Positions 18,526 to 28,279 of a DNA stretch of 64,000 bases are shown in pieces. The stretch spans positions 3,538-67,537 of the forward strand of contig JALGVE010000002.1 of assembly GCA_029820045.1 (NCBI GenBank). Reading direction: 5' to 3'. Every line of letters begins with the position of its first letter. The stretch's first letter is position 1. The notes beneath the pieces were generated by a model, which had not been told where the DNA came from, searched no databases, and saw nothing but the letters and a program-made list of their open reading frames with translations. Made by a program: the position numbers and the translations under genes. This DNA is from Candidatus Zipacnadia bacterium. GTDB lineage: Bacteria > Armatimonadota > Zipacnadia > Zipacnadales > UBA5352.

Positions 18526-18748
18526 GTCCTGCCGCCACCTTGGCCCTCATGATCCTATTCGCGGTAGTAGTATACACGCCTGTGCTACTAGTGTCAATAG
18601 TAGAGCGCAGAAAAACCGCGCCGAAGTGTCCAGGGCGCGGGATTAACCTCCTGAGGGCGAGGGCAAGAGCCCTCAGAAGTCGAATAGACCTCCGAGTCGC
18701 ACGGGCAAGGACCCGGTGCCTCACAACACACAAAGGTGGTTATGTGTG

Positions 18749-19720
18749 ATGACGGACGTTCGCGTTGGCTTCATTGGCTGCGGGAATCACGCAACTCAGA
18801 ACCTCTACCCCGCGCTGCGCTACGCGGGCATGGACCTGGCGGCGGTCTGCGACCTGGACAAGCGGAAGGCGCAGCGCGTCGCCCGGCAGTTCGGCGCCCA
18901 TCGGACCTACCAGGACCTGGGCACGATGCTCGATGAGATGGACCTTGACGCTGCGCTGGTCTGCGGGCCGCCGGAGCTGCACTTCGAGGCGGCGCTGGCG
19001 GCCCTCGAGCGTGGCTGCCACGTCTGGACCGAGAAGCCGCCGGCGCCGACGCTCGCCGAGACGGAGCAGCTTGCCGCATACGCGGCGCAGGTCGGGCGCA
19101 TCTTGCAGATCGGCTTCATGATGCGCTTCGCCCCGGCCTACGTGCGGCTCAAGCAGATCATCGAGAGCGAGGAGTTCGGCGCGCCGTCGCTCATCGAGGC
19201 GAAGTACTGCTGCTGGAACGTTTCGAACCATCGCCACCATCTCATCTACTACGGAGTGCACATCCTCGATCTTGTGCGCCACCTGATGGGCGAGGTCACC
19301 GAGCTTGCGGTGCTCAAGTGCGAGCGCGATGGGCAGCTTGCGAATGCCATCAGCCTGCGCTTCGCCTCGGGCGCGGTCGGGCTGGTGAACTTCTCCAGCC
19401 TCCAACCGCGCGTCCAGGAGCGCGTGGAGGTTACCGGCGAGAGCGCCCTGGCGATCGTGGATAACCGCGTGAACCTCACCTATCACAGGCCCGGCACCAA
19501 CGAGTTCGGCGAGACCACATGGTCGCGGCCCGACTTCGCCATCCCGAACCAGGCCAACTCGACGTTGGAGCTTCAGGGCTACCTTCCTGAGCTATCGCAC
19601 TTCGCGGCCGCCGTGCGCGGCGAGGCTGAGCCGGCCGCTACCATCGAGGACGGCGTGGCGGTCATGCGCCTGCTCGACTTAGTCGAGCAGAACGAGGGAG
19701 AGGTGGTGCAGGTGGGGTAG
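18749..19720 (+). CDS. Gfo/Idh/MocA family oxidoreductase
   Basis: MTDVRVGFIGCGNHATQNLYPAL Rossmann start, ALERGCHVWTEKP motif, SD ggtgg upstream. The ORF-track start at 18716 is probably an N-terminal over-extension. Confidence 0.7.
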   Translation: MTDVRVGFIGCGNHATQNLYPALRYAGMDLAAVCDLDKRKAQRVARQFGAHRTYQDLGTMLDEMDLDAALVCGPPELHFEAALAALERGCHVWTEKPPAPTLAETEQLAAYAAQVGRILQIGFMMRFAPAYVRLKQIIESEEFGAPSLIEAKYCCWNVSNHRHHLIYYGVHILDLVRHLMGEVTELAVLKCERDGQLANAISLRFASGAVGLVNFSSLQPRVQERVEVTGESALAIVDNRVNLTYHRPGTNEFGETTWSRPDFAIPNQANSTLELQGYLPELSHFAAAVRGEAEPAATIEDGVAVMRLLDLVEQNEGEVVQVG

Positions 19721-19764
19721 AGGGGGCCGAGCCTAGCGATGAGGAGCAACGCCGCCAGCGCGAG

Positions 19765-20046
19765 GTGCTGGAGAAGCTGGCACTAGCCATCGCGCGGCGG
19801 CGCATGTGCGCACCGGCGATCTTCCTCTTTGAATCTATGCAACCCGTGTCCTTCCTCGGGGCGCAGGCGCTCGCCTTTGCGGAGCCCCTCATCAAGGTCC
19901 TGCTGGACATCCCCGAGTACCAGGTCTTCCGCGAGGCCCTCGAGGACCGCGAGAACGTCCGCTGGCTCATTGACCGCCTGGAGGAGTTGGAGGACAATCC
20001 CCCGGCCGATGACCAGCGGTCTGCGCCCGGCAATGATGAGCCGTGA
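19765..20046 (+). CDS. Small hypothetical protein (93 aa, acidic C-terminus)
   Basis: GTG-initiated ORF with coding-like composition. Function unknown. Confidence 0.35.
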   Translation: MLEKLALAIARRRMCAPAIFLFESMQPVSFLGAQALAFAEPLIKVLLDIPEYQVFREALEDRENVRWLIDRLEELEDNPPADDQRSAPGNDEP

Positions 20047-20213
20047 AGGTGTGCGTGGTGGTGGCGCCGAAACAGGCAATGAACGGCGCGCGGGATGCTA
20101 TCCCGCGCCTCCGAGGACCTGCTTAGTTCGGACGGGCGCAATCATGTCCCGCCGTGGGCGGCGCCAGCCCCCCACCTTTGAGGCCACGGGAGATATGTAC
20201 GTTGGCCGCCGAC

Positions 20214-22019
20214 ATGCCCCTACGTTCCATCTTAGCCACCGACTGCGGCTCCACTACCACTAAGGCGATCCTCATCGAGTTGGTGGAGGGCGAGTACCGC
20301 TTGCGCGTGCGCGGTGAGGCCCCGACTACCGTCGAGGCCCCCTACGAGGACGTCACCCGTGGCGTGCTGAACGCCGTCTCGGAGGTTGAGGAGGTCTCCG
20401 GCCGCCGCCTGATCGCCGACGGGGACATCATCCGGCCTCAACGGGGGGATCAGGGCGTGGATGCGTACCTCTCGACCAGCTCGGCCGGCGGTGGCCTGCA
20501 GGTGATGGTCGTCGGGCTGGTGCGCACCATGACCGCCGAGAGTGCGCAGCGCGCGGCCCTGGGCGCCGGCGCCATCGTCATGGACGTGCTGGCGCTCGAT
20601 GATGGCCGGCGCGACTACGAGCGCATCCAGCGTATGCGCGAGCTTCGCCCGGACATGATCCTGATCTCCGGCGGTGTGGACGGCGGCGAGCAGCGGCGGG
20701 TGGTGGAGATGGCCGAGCTGGTCGGCGCGGCGAATCCCCGCGCGCGCCTGGGAGCTAAGTATGAGCTTCCCGTTATCTTTGCCGGCAATGCCGACGCCCG
20801 CGACGCCATCAGCGATACCCTCGCCGACAAGACCGCCCTGACCCTTGTTGACAACCTCCGCCCGACGATGGAGCGCGAGAACCTGGGGCCTGCCCGCGCC
20901 GAAATACAGGAGCTGTTCCTGGAGCATGTGATGGCCCAGGCTCCCGGTTACTCGGAGTTGATGACCTGGACCGATGCCGACATCATGCCGACTCCTGCGG
21001 CGGTGGGCAGCCTCATCGAGGCCATCGCCAAGCGCGATGGCATCAACGTCGTCGGCGTGGACATCGGCGGCGCGACGACCGATGTCTTCAGCGTCTTCGA
21101 GGGTGTCTTCAACCGCACGGTCAGCGCGAACCTGGGCATGAGCTACTCGGTCTCGAACGTGCTGGCGGAGACGGGCCTGCCGAACATCCTGCGCTGGGTC
21201 ACCGAGCAACCGGACCCGGGCCTGGTGGGCAACGCTATCCGTAACAAGATGATACGCCCCACCACCATCCCGCAGACGCTTGCCGACCTGACCATCGAGC
21301 AGGCAGCCGCACGCGAGGCGCTTCGGCTTGCTTTCGGGCAGCACAAGCTGCTGGCCACGGAACTCAAGGGCATCCAGCGCCAGCGCGACATAGCCGACGC
21401 CTTCGCCGCTGGCGGCGCGCAGACGCTCGTGGAGATGATGTCCCTGGATCTGCTGGTGGGCTCCGGCGGCGTGCTCTCCCACGCGCCGCGCCGCAACCAG
21501 GCCGCGCTGATGCTCATTGATGCCTTCGAGCCGGAGGGCATCACCCGCCTGGCGGTGGATAGCATCTTCATGATGCCCCAGCTCGGCGTTCTCTCGACCG
21601 TCAACGCGGAGGCGGCCAGGCAGGTTTTCTATCGCGACTGCCTCATTCCGCTGGGAACCTGCATAGCGCCGGTCGGGCATGGCCGGCCCGGTTCGCCCTG
21701 CCTGCGCGTGCGGCTGACCGGCGGAGGGCGCAGCGAGGACTTGCAGCTCAACGTAGGCGAGATGCGTCTCATCCCGCTCCCCGAGGGGCAGACCGCGGAG
21801 GTCGCGCTCGATCCGGTGCGGCGCTTCGATGTTGGCGCCGGGCCGGGCCGGGCGCTGACGGCCACGGTGCAGGGCGGCGTGGTAGGGGTAGTGATTGACG
21901 CCCGCGGCCGCCCGCTGCGGCTTCCCGAAGATGAGGCCGAGCGCATCTCAGCTATCCGCGCCTGGAATGCCGAGCTTGACGTCTATCCGCGCAACCTCGC
22001 GGCAGGGGAGGTAGCCTGA
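20214..22019 (+). CDS. ASKHA-superfamily ATPase of the GlmL/MutL (glutamate-mutase L-like, PF13941-like) family
   Basis: Phosphate-1 motif ILATDCGSTTTKAILIE, LISGGVDGG, IMPTPAAV and VGVDIGGATTDVFSV motifs match my recollection of GlmL-family proteins. Start may alternatively be 20154. Confidence 0.55.
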   Translation: MPLRSILATDCGSTTTKAILIELVEGEYRLRVRGEAPTTVEAPYEDVTRGVLNAVSEVEEVSGRRLIADGDIIRPQRGDQGVDAYLSTSSAGGGLQVMVVGLVRTMTAESAQRAALGAGAIVMDVLALDDGRRDYERIQRMRELRPDMILISGGVDGGEQRRVVEMAELVGAANPRARLGAKYELPVIFAGNADARDAISDTLADKTALTLVDNLRPTMERENLGPARAEIQELFLEHVMAQAPGYSELMTWTDADIMPTPAAVGSLIEAIAKRDGINVVGVDIGGATTDVFSVFEGVFNRTVSANLGMSYSVSNVLAETGLPNILRWVTEQPDPGLVGNAIRNKMIRPTTIPQTLADLTIEQAAAREALRLAFGQHKLLATELKGIQRQRDIADAFAAGGAQTLVEMMSLDLLVGSGGVLSHAPRRNQAALMLIDAFEPEGITRLAVDSIFMMPQLGVLSTVNAEAARQVFYRDCLIPLGTCIAPVGHGRPGSPCLRVRLTGGGRSEDLQLNVGEMRLIPLPEGQTAEVALDPVRRFDVGAGPGRALTATVQGGVVGVVIDARGRPLRLPEDEAERISAIRAWNAELDVYPRNLAAGEVA

Positions 22020-22021
22020 AC

Positions 22022-23146
22022 GTGGCGCATGGTTATACGCCGGGACTGAGGGTCACAGAGCGCGCGCTGGTGCGCAGGCGGCGTCACCTGCCCCTGCCCG
22101 GCCAGGTCCACGTCCAGGTCGGCGAGCGCGTGAGCGCCGACCAGCTCGTCGCCTCCACCGAGCTACCGGGCAATGTCACCAACCTCAACGTCGCCCACGA
22201 ACTCTCCTGCACGCCCGCCGACGTTCCCGACTACCTCGTCGTCAGCGTTGGCGATGCCGTGGAAATCGGCGAGGTCATTGCCGAGACCAGGGCTCTGTGG
22301 GGCCTCTTTCACTCTGTTGCGACGACGCCGGTGAGCGGCACGGTCGAGACGATCAGCGAGGTGACCGGCCAGGTCCTGATACGCGGCAAGCCGATTCGCG
22401 TGGAGATTGACGCCTACCTGGACGGGACCGTCATTGAGGTCGAGGGGGATGAAGCGATCACCGTTGAGGCCCGCGCAGCATTCCTGCAGGGCATCCTGGG
22501 CGTCGGCGGCGAGGCCCACGGGGACCTGAAGCTGGTGGTCGAGTCGCCGGACGCGGTGGTCGAGGCGGACTTGATTGACGACTCCTGCGCGGGTTGCGTG
22601 CTGGTCGGCGGGAGCCGTGTCACGCTGGAGGCCCTGCGCGCGGCGGCGGAGGTCGGCGCGGCCGGCGTAGTGGTCGGCGGCGTCCACGGCATGGACCTCA
22701 ACGAGTTCCTGGGCGAGCCGCTCGGCGTCGCCATCACCGGCCAGGAGGACGTGGGCACGACCCTGGTGCTCACCGAGGGCTTCGGAGAGATAGCGATGGC
22801 CGGGCGCTCCTGGAAACTGCTTGCCGCACGCAGTGGGCGCCGCACCTCGATCAACGGCGCCACGCAGATTCGCGCGGGCGTTATCAGACCCGAGGTCATC
22901 ATCCCGGAGCCGGAGGCGACCTGGGAGGCCGACGGGGTGGATGTCTCCGCCGGGCTGGCGCCGGGCAGCTACGTTCGCCTCATCCGCGAGCCTTACTTCG
23001 GCCGCCTGGCGATCGTGACCGACCTTCCCGAGCAGCTTCAGCAGATCGAGACCGAGGCCCACGTGCGCGTGCTGCGCGCTCGACTTGAGGACACGGGCGA
23101 GGAGATAACGGTGCCGAGGGCGAATGTGGAAGCGATCCAGCGATGA
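22022..23146 (+). CDS. Hypothetical protein (374 aa), possible barrel-sandwich-hybrid fold
   Basis: Starts 3 bp after the GlmL-like stop and overlaps the next gene by 4 bp (ATGA): translationally coupled. Confidence 0.6.
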   Translation: MAHGYTPGLRVTERALVRRRRHLPLPGQVHVQVGERVSADQLVASTELPGNVTNLNVAHELSCTPADVPDYLVVSVGDAVEIGEVIAETRALWGLFHSVATTPVSGTVETISEVTGQVLIRGKPIRVEIDAYLDGTVIEVEGDEAITVEARAAFLQGILGVGGEAHGDLKLVVESPDAVVEADLIDDSCAGCVLVGGSRVTLEALRAAAEVGAAGVVVGGVHGMDLNEFLGEPLGVAITGQEDVGTTLVLTEGFGEIAMAGRSWKLLAARSGRRTSINGATQIRAGVIRPEVIIPEPEATWEADGVDVSAGLAPGSYVRLIREPYFGRLAIVTDLPEQLQQIETEAHVRVLRARLEDTGEEITVPRANVEAIQR

Positions 23147-24465
23147 TTGTCTGCGGCATGGACAGAAGCACTGTGGCGGGGGGCGCCCTCGCCCCCCGCA
23201 CCCATCACTATGCGCGGGCTGAGGGCAGCCTCCGCCACGGACAGCGGTTCCGACTGTGCACCGCCCTTGCAGCCCTGGCCATCTGTGCCTCGGCCTGGGC
23301 CGCGCCCCCCGGCGCGCCCACACAAGTGAAGGCCGTTGATAATCCTGAGGATGACCGCGGCACGCAGATGATCGTCAGTTGGGAGGCTCCCACGAAACGC
23401 CAGAGGCCGTGGGGCACGTACTGGGCCGGCTACCAGGTGTTCTATGCGCCGGTTGGCCGGGAGAGGCGGCCGGGACCCCTGGCGCCACCCGAAAGCACCG
23501 AGGTAGTGGCTGCCTGCTTCAAGCCGTGGCCGTGGCGACCCTACAATACTCAGGTCGCCGTGGTCTACCTACCGACCCCAGCGCTTGCTGTTACGGACGC
23601 TTCCGGGGCAATTGCCCCTTCCGGCGCTCACTTCGTCTTCAGCGACACCATCGGCCCGGTGCAGCCGCTGGCCCTTTGGTATAATGCCAAGCGCACCAAC
23701 GTGCTGGTGATGATGCTGCTTTACTCTGCGATCGTCCTCATCACCATCCACTACGCCACGCGCCGCGCGGAGGACATGTACATCCGCCCCATCGCCGGGT
23801 TGGAGGCCGTCAACGACGCCATCGGCCGTGCCACCGAGATGGGCAAGCCCATCCTCTACATCTCCGGCCTCAGCGGCATCTCGGACGTCGCGACCATCGC
23901 GGCCATGCTCATTCTCGGGCACCTCGCCCGACGCACCGCGCGCTATGAGACCCAGATAATCGTGCCGTGCCAGGACCCGCTGGTCATGGCCGCCGAGCGC
24001 GAGATCGTGCGCGATGCCTACCTGGAGGCCGGTAAGCCTCAGGCCTTCCGGCCCGAGGACATCTACTACGTGACTGACAGTCAGTTCGGCTACGTGGCGG
24101 CCGTGGACGGCGTCATGATGCGGGAGCGCCCGGCGGCCTGCTTCTACATGGGCTACTTCTACGCCGAGGCTCTGATCCTGGCCGAGACCGGCAACGCCGC
24201 CGGCGCCATCCAGATCGCGGGTACCGACGCGGATACTCAGCTTCCGTTCTTCATCACCGCCTGTGACTACACGCTGATGGGAGAGGAACTCTACGCGGCC
24301 AGCGCCTACCTGTCGCGCCAGCCGCTTCTGGTGGCGCAACTGCGCGGGCAGGACCTCGGCAAGATACTGATAGCTGCCGTACTCCTGGTGGGGACGGCGA
24401 TCACGACCCTCGCTACCTTCTGGCCTGAGGTGGCTCAACGGTTCCTAGACTGGTTCAACGTCTAA
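23143..24465 (+). CDS. Hypothetical membrane protein (440 aa) with signal peptide and C-terminal TM helices
   Basis: Signal peptide LCTALAALAICASAWAAP. Hydrophobic segments VLVMMLLYSAIVLITIHY and ILIAAVLLVGTAITTLATFW. Confidence 0.6.
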   Translation: MIVCGMDRSTVAGGALAPRTHHYARAEGSLRHGQRFRLCTALAALAICASAWAAPPGAPTQVKAVDNPEDDRGTQMIVSWEAPTKRQRPWGTYWAGYQVFYAPVGRERRPGPLAPPESTEVVAACFKPWPWRPYNTQVAVVYLPTPALAVTDASGAIAPSGAHFVFSDTIGPVQPLALWYNAKRTNVLVMMLLYSAIVLITIHYATRRAEDMYIRPIAGLEAVNDAIGRATEMGKPILYISGLSGISDVATIAAMLILGHLARRTARYETQIIVPCQDPLVMAAEREIVRDAYLEAGKPQAFRPEDIYYVTDSQFGYVAAVDGVMMRERPAACFYMGYFYAEALILAETGNAAGAIQIAGTDADTQLPFFITACDYTLMGEELYAASAYLSRQPLLVAQLRGQDLGKILIAAVLLVGTAITTLATFWPEVAQRFLDWFNV

Positions 24466-24582
24466 CCAGATTATTCCCGTAGGTCGGCCTGCGCCTGACG
24501 ATTTGCGTCAGGCGCAGGTGAAAGCGCGCCCCGCAGCGCTTTCAGCCTCGAGCCCGACACGGACCTATGAACAGGTGATAGC

Positions 24583-25224
24583 TTGAAGCTGCAAGTGCCG
24601 TTGGTGATAACCTTCCTGGTCGGGGTCTTCATGGCGGTGCAGTTCTTTGTGCCCCATGAGGTCGGCCAGGGCGGCTACGAGATGCTGCTCAAGTGGGCGA
24701 GGCTGGTGGGCGCCTTCGCCCTGGTGCTCGGTATCGGTAGCCTCTGGCGCACTCACGGCGACAAGATCCGGCGGCGGCGCCCGGACTGGCCGTACAGCGT
24801 GGTCGCGCTGGTGAGCTTCGTGGTGATGGTAGTGCTGGGCATCGTCTACGGGCACGGCGAGCACACCGGCTTCGACTGGGTTTTTCGGCACATTCAAGTC
24901 CCGCTGGATGCGACCATGTTCGCGCTGCTGGCCTTCTTTGTCGCTTCGGCCGCCTTCCGCACCTTCCGCGCGCGCAGCGTCGAGGCCACGCTGCTGTTGG
25001 TCACTGCTCTGGTGGTGATGCTCGGCCGGGTCCCCATCGGGGAACTCCTCTACCACCGCATGCCTCAGGTCTCGGAGTGGATCATGACCGTGCCGACCGT
25101 CGCGGGCAAGCGAGGCATACTGCTCGGCGTGGCGCTAGGGGCGGCCGCCACGGCCTTGCGCATCATCCTGGGTATCGAACGCTCTCATCTCGGCGGCGCC
25201 GGCGGCTCGGGGGAGGGGGAGTAG
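24583..25224 (+). CDS. Hypothetical polytopic membrane protein (213 aa)
   Basis: Several predicted TM helices (VITFLVGVFMAVQFFV, LVGAFALVLGIGSLW, VVALVSFVVMVVLGIVYG...). Confidence 0.55.
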   Translation: MKLQVPLVITFLVGVFMAVQFFVPHEVGQGGYEMLLKWARLVGAFALVLGIGSLWRTHGDKIRRRRPDWPYSVVALVSFVVMVVLGIVYGHGEHTGFDWVFRHIQVPLDATMFALLAFFVASAAFRTFRARSVEATLLLVTALVVMLGRVPIGELLYHRMPQVSEWIMTVPTVAGKRGILLGVALGAAATALRIILGIERSHLGGAGGSGEGE

Positions 25225-25227
25225 GCC

Positions 25228-26055
25228 GTGAACTTCTGGGAGCGCATACTTGCCCTCGATCGCCGCTGGGTCTACGTCGGCATAGCGCTCGCGGTCATCC
25301 TGCCCATCACCTTAGGCCTTGAGATGACGCTGGGCACAACCTCCCCGCCCACCCAGGACTTCTATGACGCCGTCGAGGCCCTGAAGCCCGGTGCTCCCGT
25401 CCTCATCGCCTTCGACTACGGCCCCTCCAGCATGCCCGAGCTGGACCCGCAGGCGAAGGCCATCGTGCGGCACTGCCTGTCGCGGAAGCTGCGGATCATC
25501 TGTGTCGCGCTCTGGCCTACGGGCACGGCCTTGGCCCGCGATGTGCTATCCTCCGTTGGCGAGGACATGGGGGCAGTGGACGGCGAGGATTACGTGAACC
25601 TCGGCTTCAAGGCAGGCTCCGTGGCCGTGATACTGGGCCTGGGCGAGGACATCAGCGACGTCTACCCACAGGACGCTGAGGGCCGGAAAACCTCGGGTTT
25701 GGCCGTGATGAAGGGCGTCAAGTCGTACGCCGACGTGCCCTTGATGGTTGACCTCGCCGCTGGCAACTCACCCTTCGGCTGGATTTCGTACGCCCATGAG
25801 CGCTATCATCAGAAGGTCGCCGCCGGCATCACCGCGGTCATGGCCACCGATCTCTATCCGTACCTTCAGACCGGTCAGCTCGTGGGCCTTGTGAACGGCT
25901 TGAAGGGCGCTGCCGAGTATGAGGACCTCATTCACCATCATGGGATGGGCGTGCGGGGCATGTCGGCTCAGTCCATTGCGCACTTGTGGATCATCTTCCT
26001 GGTCATCGTGGGGAACATCGCGTACTTCGCCATGCGTCGGGCCAGCAGAGAGTGA
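25228..26055 (+). CDS. Hypothetical membrane-anchored protein (275 aa)
   Basis: Starts 4 bp after the previous stop. Has N- and C-terminal TM segments. Confidence 0.55.
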   Translation: MNFWERILALDRRWVYVGIALAVILPITLGLEMTLGTTSPPTQDFYDAVEALKPGAPVLIAFDYGPSSMPELDPQAKAIVRHCLSRKLRIICVALWPTGTALARDVLSSVGEDMGAVDGEDYVNLGFKAGSVAVILGLGEDISDVYPQDAEGRKTSGLAVMKGVKSYADVPLMVDLAAGNSPFGWISYAHERYHQKVAAGITAVMATDLYPYLQTGQLVGLVNGLKGAAEYEDLIHHHGMGVRGMSAQSIAHLWIIFLVIVGNIAYFAMRRASRE

Positions 26056-26117
26056 CGGCCTCGTGTGTGCCGGCGAGGGCGTCTGCCCGCACATCGGACG
26101 GGGGAGTGAACGCAACG

Positions 26118-27437
26118 ATGAATTACATAATGATCTGCCTTGACAGCCTGCGCCAGGACCACATCGGCGCCTACGGTGGGAAGGCCAACACGCCGAACAT
26201 GGACCGCTTCGCCCAGCAGAGCGCGGTCTTCAGCCGACTGCGCTCCGAGGCGCTGCCGACGGTCCCGGTGCGCCGCGCGCTTTCGACCGGCGTGCGCGTC
26301 TTTCCCTGGGAGGAGCGCCAGCGCCCGAAGGGCATCTACAACCGGCACAGCGGCTGGGCACCTTTGCGCGAGAGCGATGTAACCATCGCCGAGCACCTGC
26401 TTGAGCGGGGCTACGTCACCGCCATGGTCATTGATGTCTATCACCTGATGAAGCCGGCCATGAACTTCCACCGGGGCATGAAATCCTTCAACTTCATCCG
26501 CGGCCAGGAGAACGACCAGTGGAAGAGCGCGCCGCTGCCGCCGGGGGCGCTCGACCGCTACGTCCCTGAGGACTTCCCGGAGCGGCGACTGCAAGTGCTG
26601 ACCCAGTACCTGCAGAACCAGCAGGGCCTGGAGGGCGAGGAGGGGCGCCAACCCGCGCGGGTCTTCTCCGAGGCGATGCGCTGGCTGGAGGGCAACGCCG
26701 GCCAGGAGAAATTCTACCTCTGGGTGGACAGCTTTGACCCGCACGAGCCCTGGTACGTTCCGCAGGAGTTCGTTGACCTCTACGACCCGGGCTATGAGGG
26801 CAAGGAGTGGATATATCCCAACATCATTCCCTACGCGGAGATGACCGAGCCCGAGCGCGATCATGCCAAGGCGCTGTACAAGGCCAACGTCACCCTGGTG
26901 GACAAGTGGCTGGGCAAGTTCCTGGACAAGATTGACGAGCTGGGCCTGCGCGAGAACACGCTGGTCGTGCTGCTCTCGGACCACGGGAAGATCGTGGGCG
27001 AGTTCGGCAACTTCGGGATGTCGAACAAGGACTCCAGCCGCTTCCTGTACGATGTGCCGCTGATGGTGCGCCATCCGGAGGGCGTCGGCGCCGGCGAGCG
27101 CTTCGAGCAGTGGGTCTACGACATTGACGTGACGGCGACCGCGCTGGACGTGCTCGGCGAGGAGCCGTTGCCGGGCATAGACGGGCAGAGCTTCTGGCCG
27201 ATCATCACCGGGGAGCAGGACAAGCTCCACGACTACTGCGTGTGCGGCTACTCCGAGGTCGCCTGCGTCTGGCAGGACAATCTCATCTACGTCCGTGATG
27301 ATGGCGAGCACACCGACGCCTTGTTCGACGCCTGGGAGGACCCGGAGCAGCAGAACGACCTCAGCGAAGGGATGCCTGACGCAAAGGCGGAGATGGCCGC
27401 ACATCTCGACGAGCTGCTGGCCGGGGGGCCGCACTGA
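26118..27437 (+). CDS. Sulfatase-like hydrolase (alkaline-phosphatase superfamily), apparently cytoplasmic
   Basis: N-terminal IMICLDSLRQDHIGAYGG metal-binding motif and LSDHGKIVGEFGNFG motif. No clear signal peptide and no obvious C/S-x-P-x-R formylglycine motif. Confidence 0.65.
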   Translation: MNYIMICLDSLRQDHIGAYGGKANTPNMDRFAQQSAVFSRLRSEALPTVPVRRALSTGVRVFPWEERQRPKGIYNRHSGWAPLRESDVTIAEHLLERGYVTAMVIDVYHLMKPAMNFHRGMKSFNFIRGQENDQWKSAPLPPGALDRYVPEDFPERRLQVLTQYLQNQQGLEGEEGRQPARVFSEAMRWLEGNAGQEKFYLWVDSFDPHEPWYVPQEFVDLYDPGYEGKEWIYPNIIPYAEMTEPERDHAKALYKANVTLVDKWLGKFLDKIDELGLRENTLVVLLSDHGKIVGEFGNFGMSNKDSSRFLYDVPLMVRHPEGVGAGERFEQWVYDIDVTATALDVLGEEPLPGIDGQSFWPIITGEQDKLHDYCVCGYSEVACVWQDNLIYVRDDGEHTDALFDAWEDPEQQNDLSEGMPDAKAEMAAHLDELLAGGPH

Positions 27438-27532
27438 GTGGGCGGCCGTCGCCGACAGGAATGTCGGCGCCCCGGTGACCTTCTGGATCGGGGGCCCGAC
27501 ATTCTTGTCGGGCTGCGCATCGCGACCATGAG

Positions 27533-28279
27533 TTGCAGGGAGAGACCATGCCCGAAGCAGAAGTTGTGACATTCTTCGGCCTCTCCACCGAGATCATCGG
27601 CGTCTGGATTGCCGCTTGCCTGACGCTGGCGATCTTCAGCTTCCTGTACCGCGATAACCCCATCTACAAGCTCGCGGAGCACATCTTCGTGGGGATTTCG
27701 GCGGGATACGGCGTGGTCATCGTCTACCAGGAATCGGTGAAGCCGGACCTTGTCAACCCGCTGTTGCACCCGGCGGAGGTCGGGCTTGCCCATCCGAACT
27801 ACCTGGTTCTCATACCTGGGGCGCTCGGGCTGCTCATGTTCAGCCGGTTCTTCCGGCGCTATGACTGGCTCTCCCGTTGGCCCATTGCCTTCGTGATGGG
27901 CCTTTACTCGGGCGCGGCGATACCTGCCACCATCCAGGCGCAGTTCATCGAGCAGCTACGCGGGACCATGCAGCCCCTGCTGCCGGGCCTGGTGGACATC
28001 AGCGTGTGGACCGCCTTCAGCAACCTCCTGCTGGTGGTGGGAGTGCTCTGCACGCTCGGCTACTTCTATTTCTCACGCCCGCACCGGGGAGCGCTAGGCG
28101 CGGCGTCGCGGGTGGGGATATTCTTCCTGATGGTGGCCTTCGGCGCGGGCTTCGGCAACACGGTGATGGCCCGCATCTCACTGCTGATCGGCCGCGTGCA
28201 GTTCCTCTACTTTGACTGGTGGGGCCCCTACGTATACGGGCCGATCCACGCCCTCTTCCAGCACGTGGGAGGAGGCTGA
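27533..28279 (+). CDS. Hypothetical polytopic membrane protein (248 aa)
   Basis: Multiple TM helices. Preceded by the inverted-repeat motif at 27453-27510. Confidence 0.55.
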   Translation: MQGETMPEAEVVTFFGLSTEIIGVWIAACLTLAIFSFLYRDNPIYKLAEHIFVGISAGYGVVIVYQESVKPDLVNPLLHPAEVGLAHPNYLVLIPGALGLLMFSRFFRRYDWLSRWPIAFVMGLYSGAAIPATIQAQFIEQLRGTMQPLLPGLVDISVWTAFSNLLLVVGVLCTLGYFYFSRPHRGALGAASRVGIFFLMVAFGAGFGNTVMARISLLIGRVQFLYFDWWGPYVYGPIHALFQHVGGG

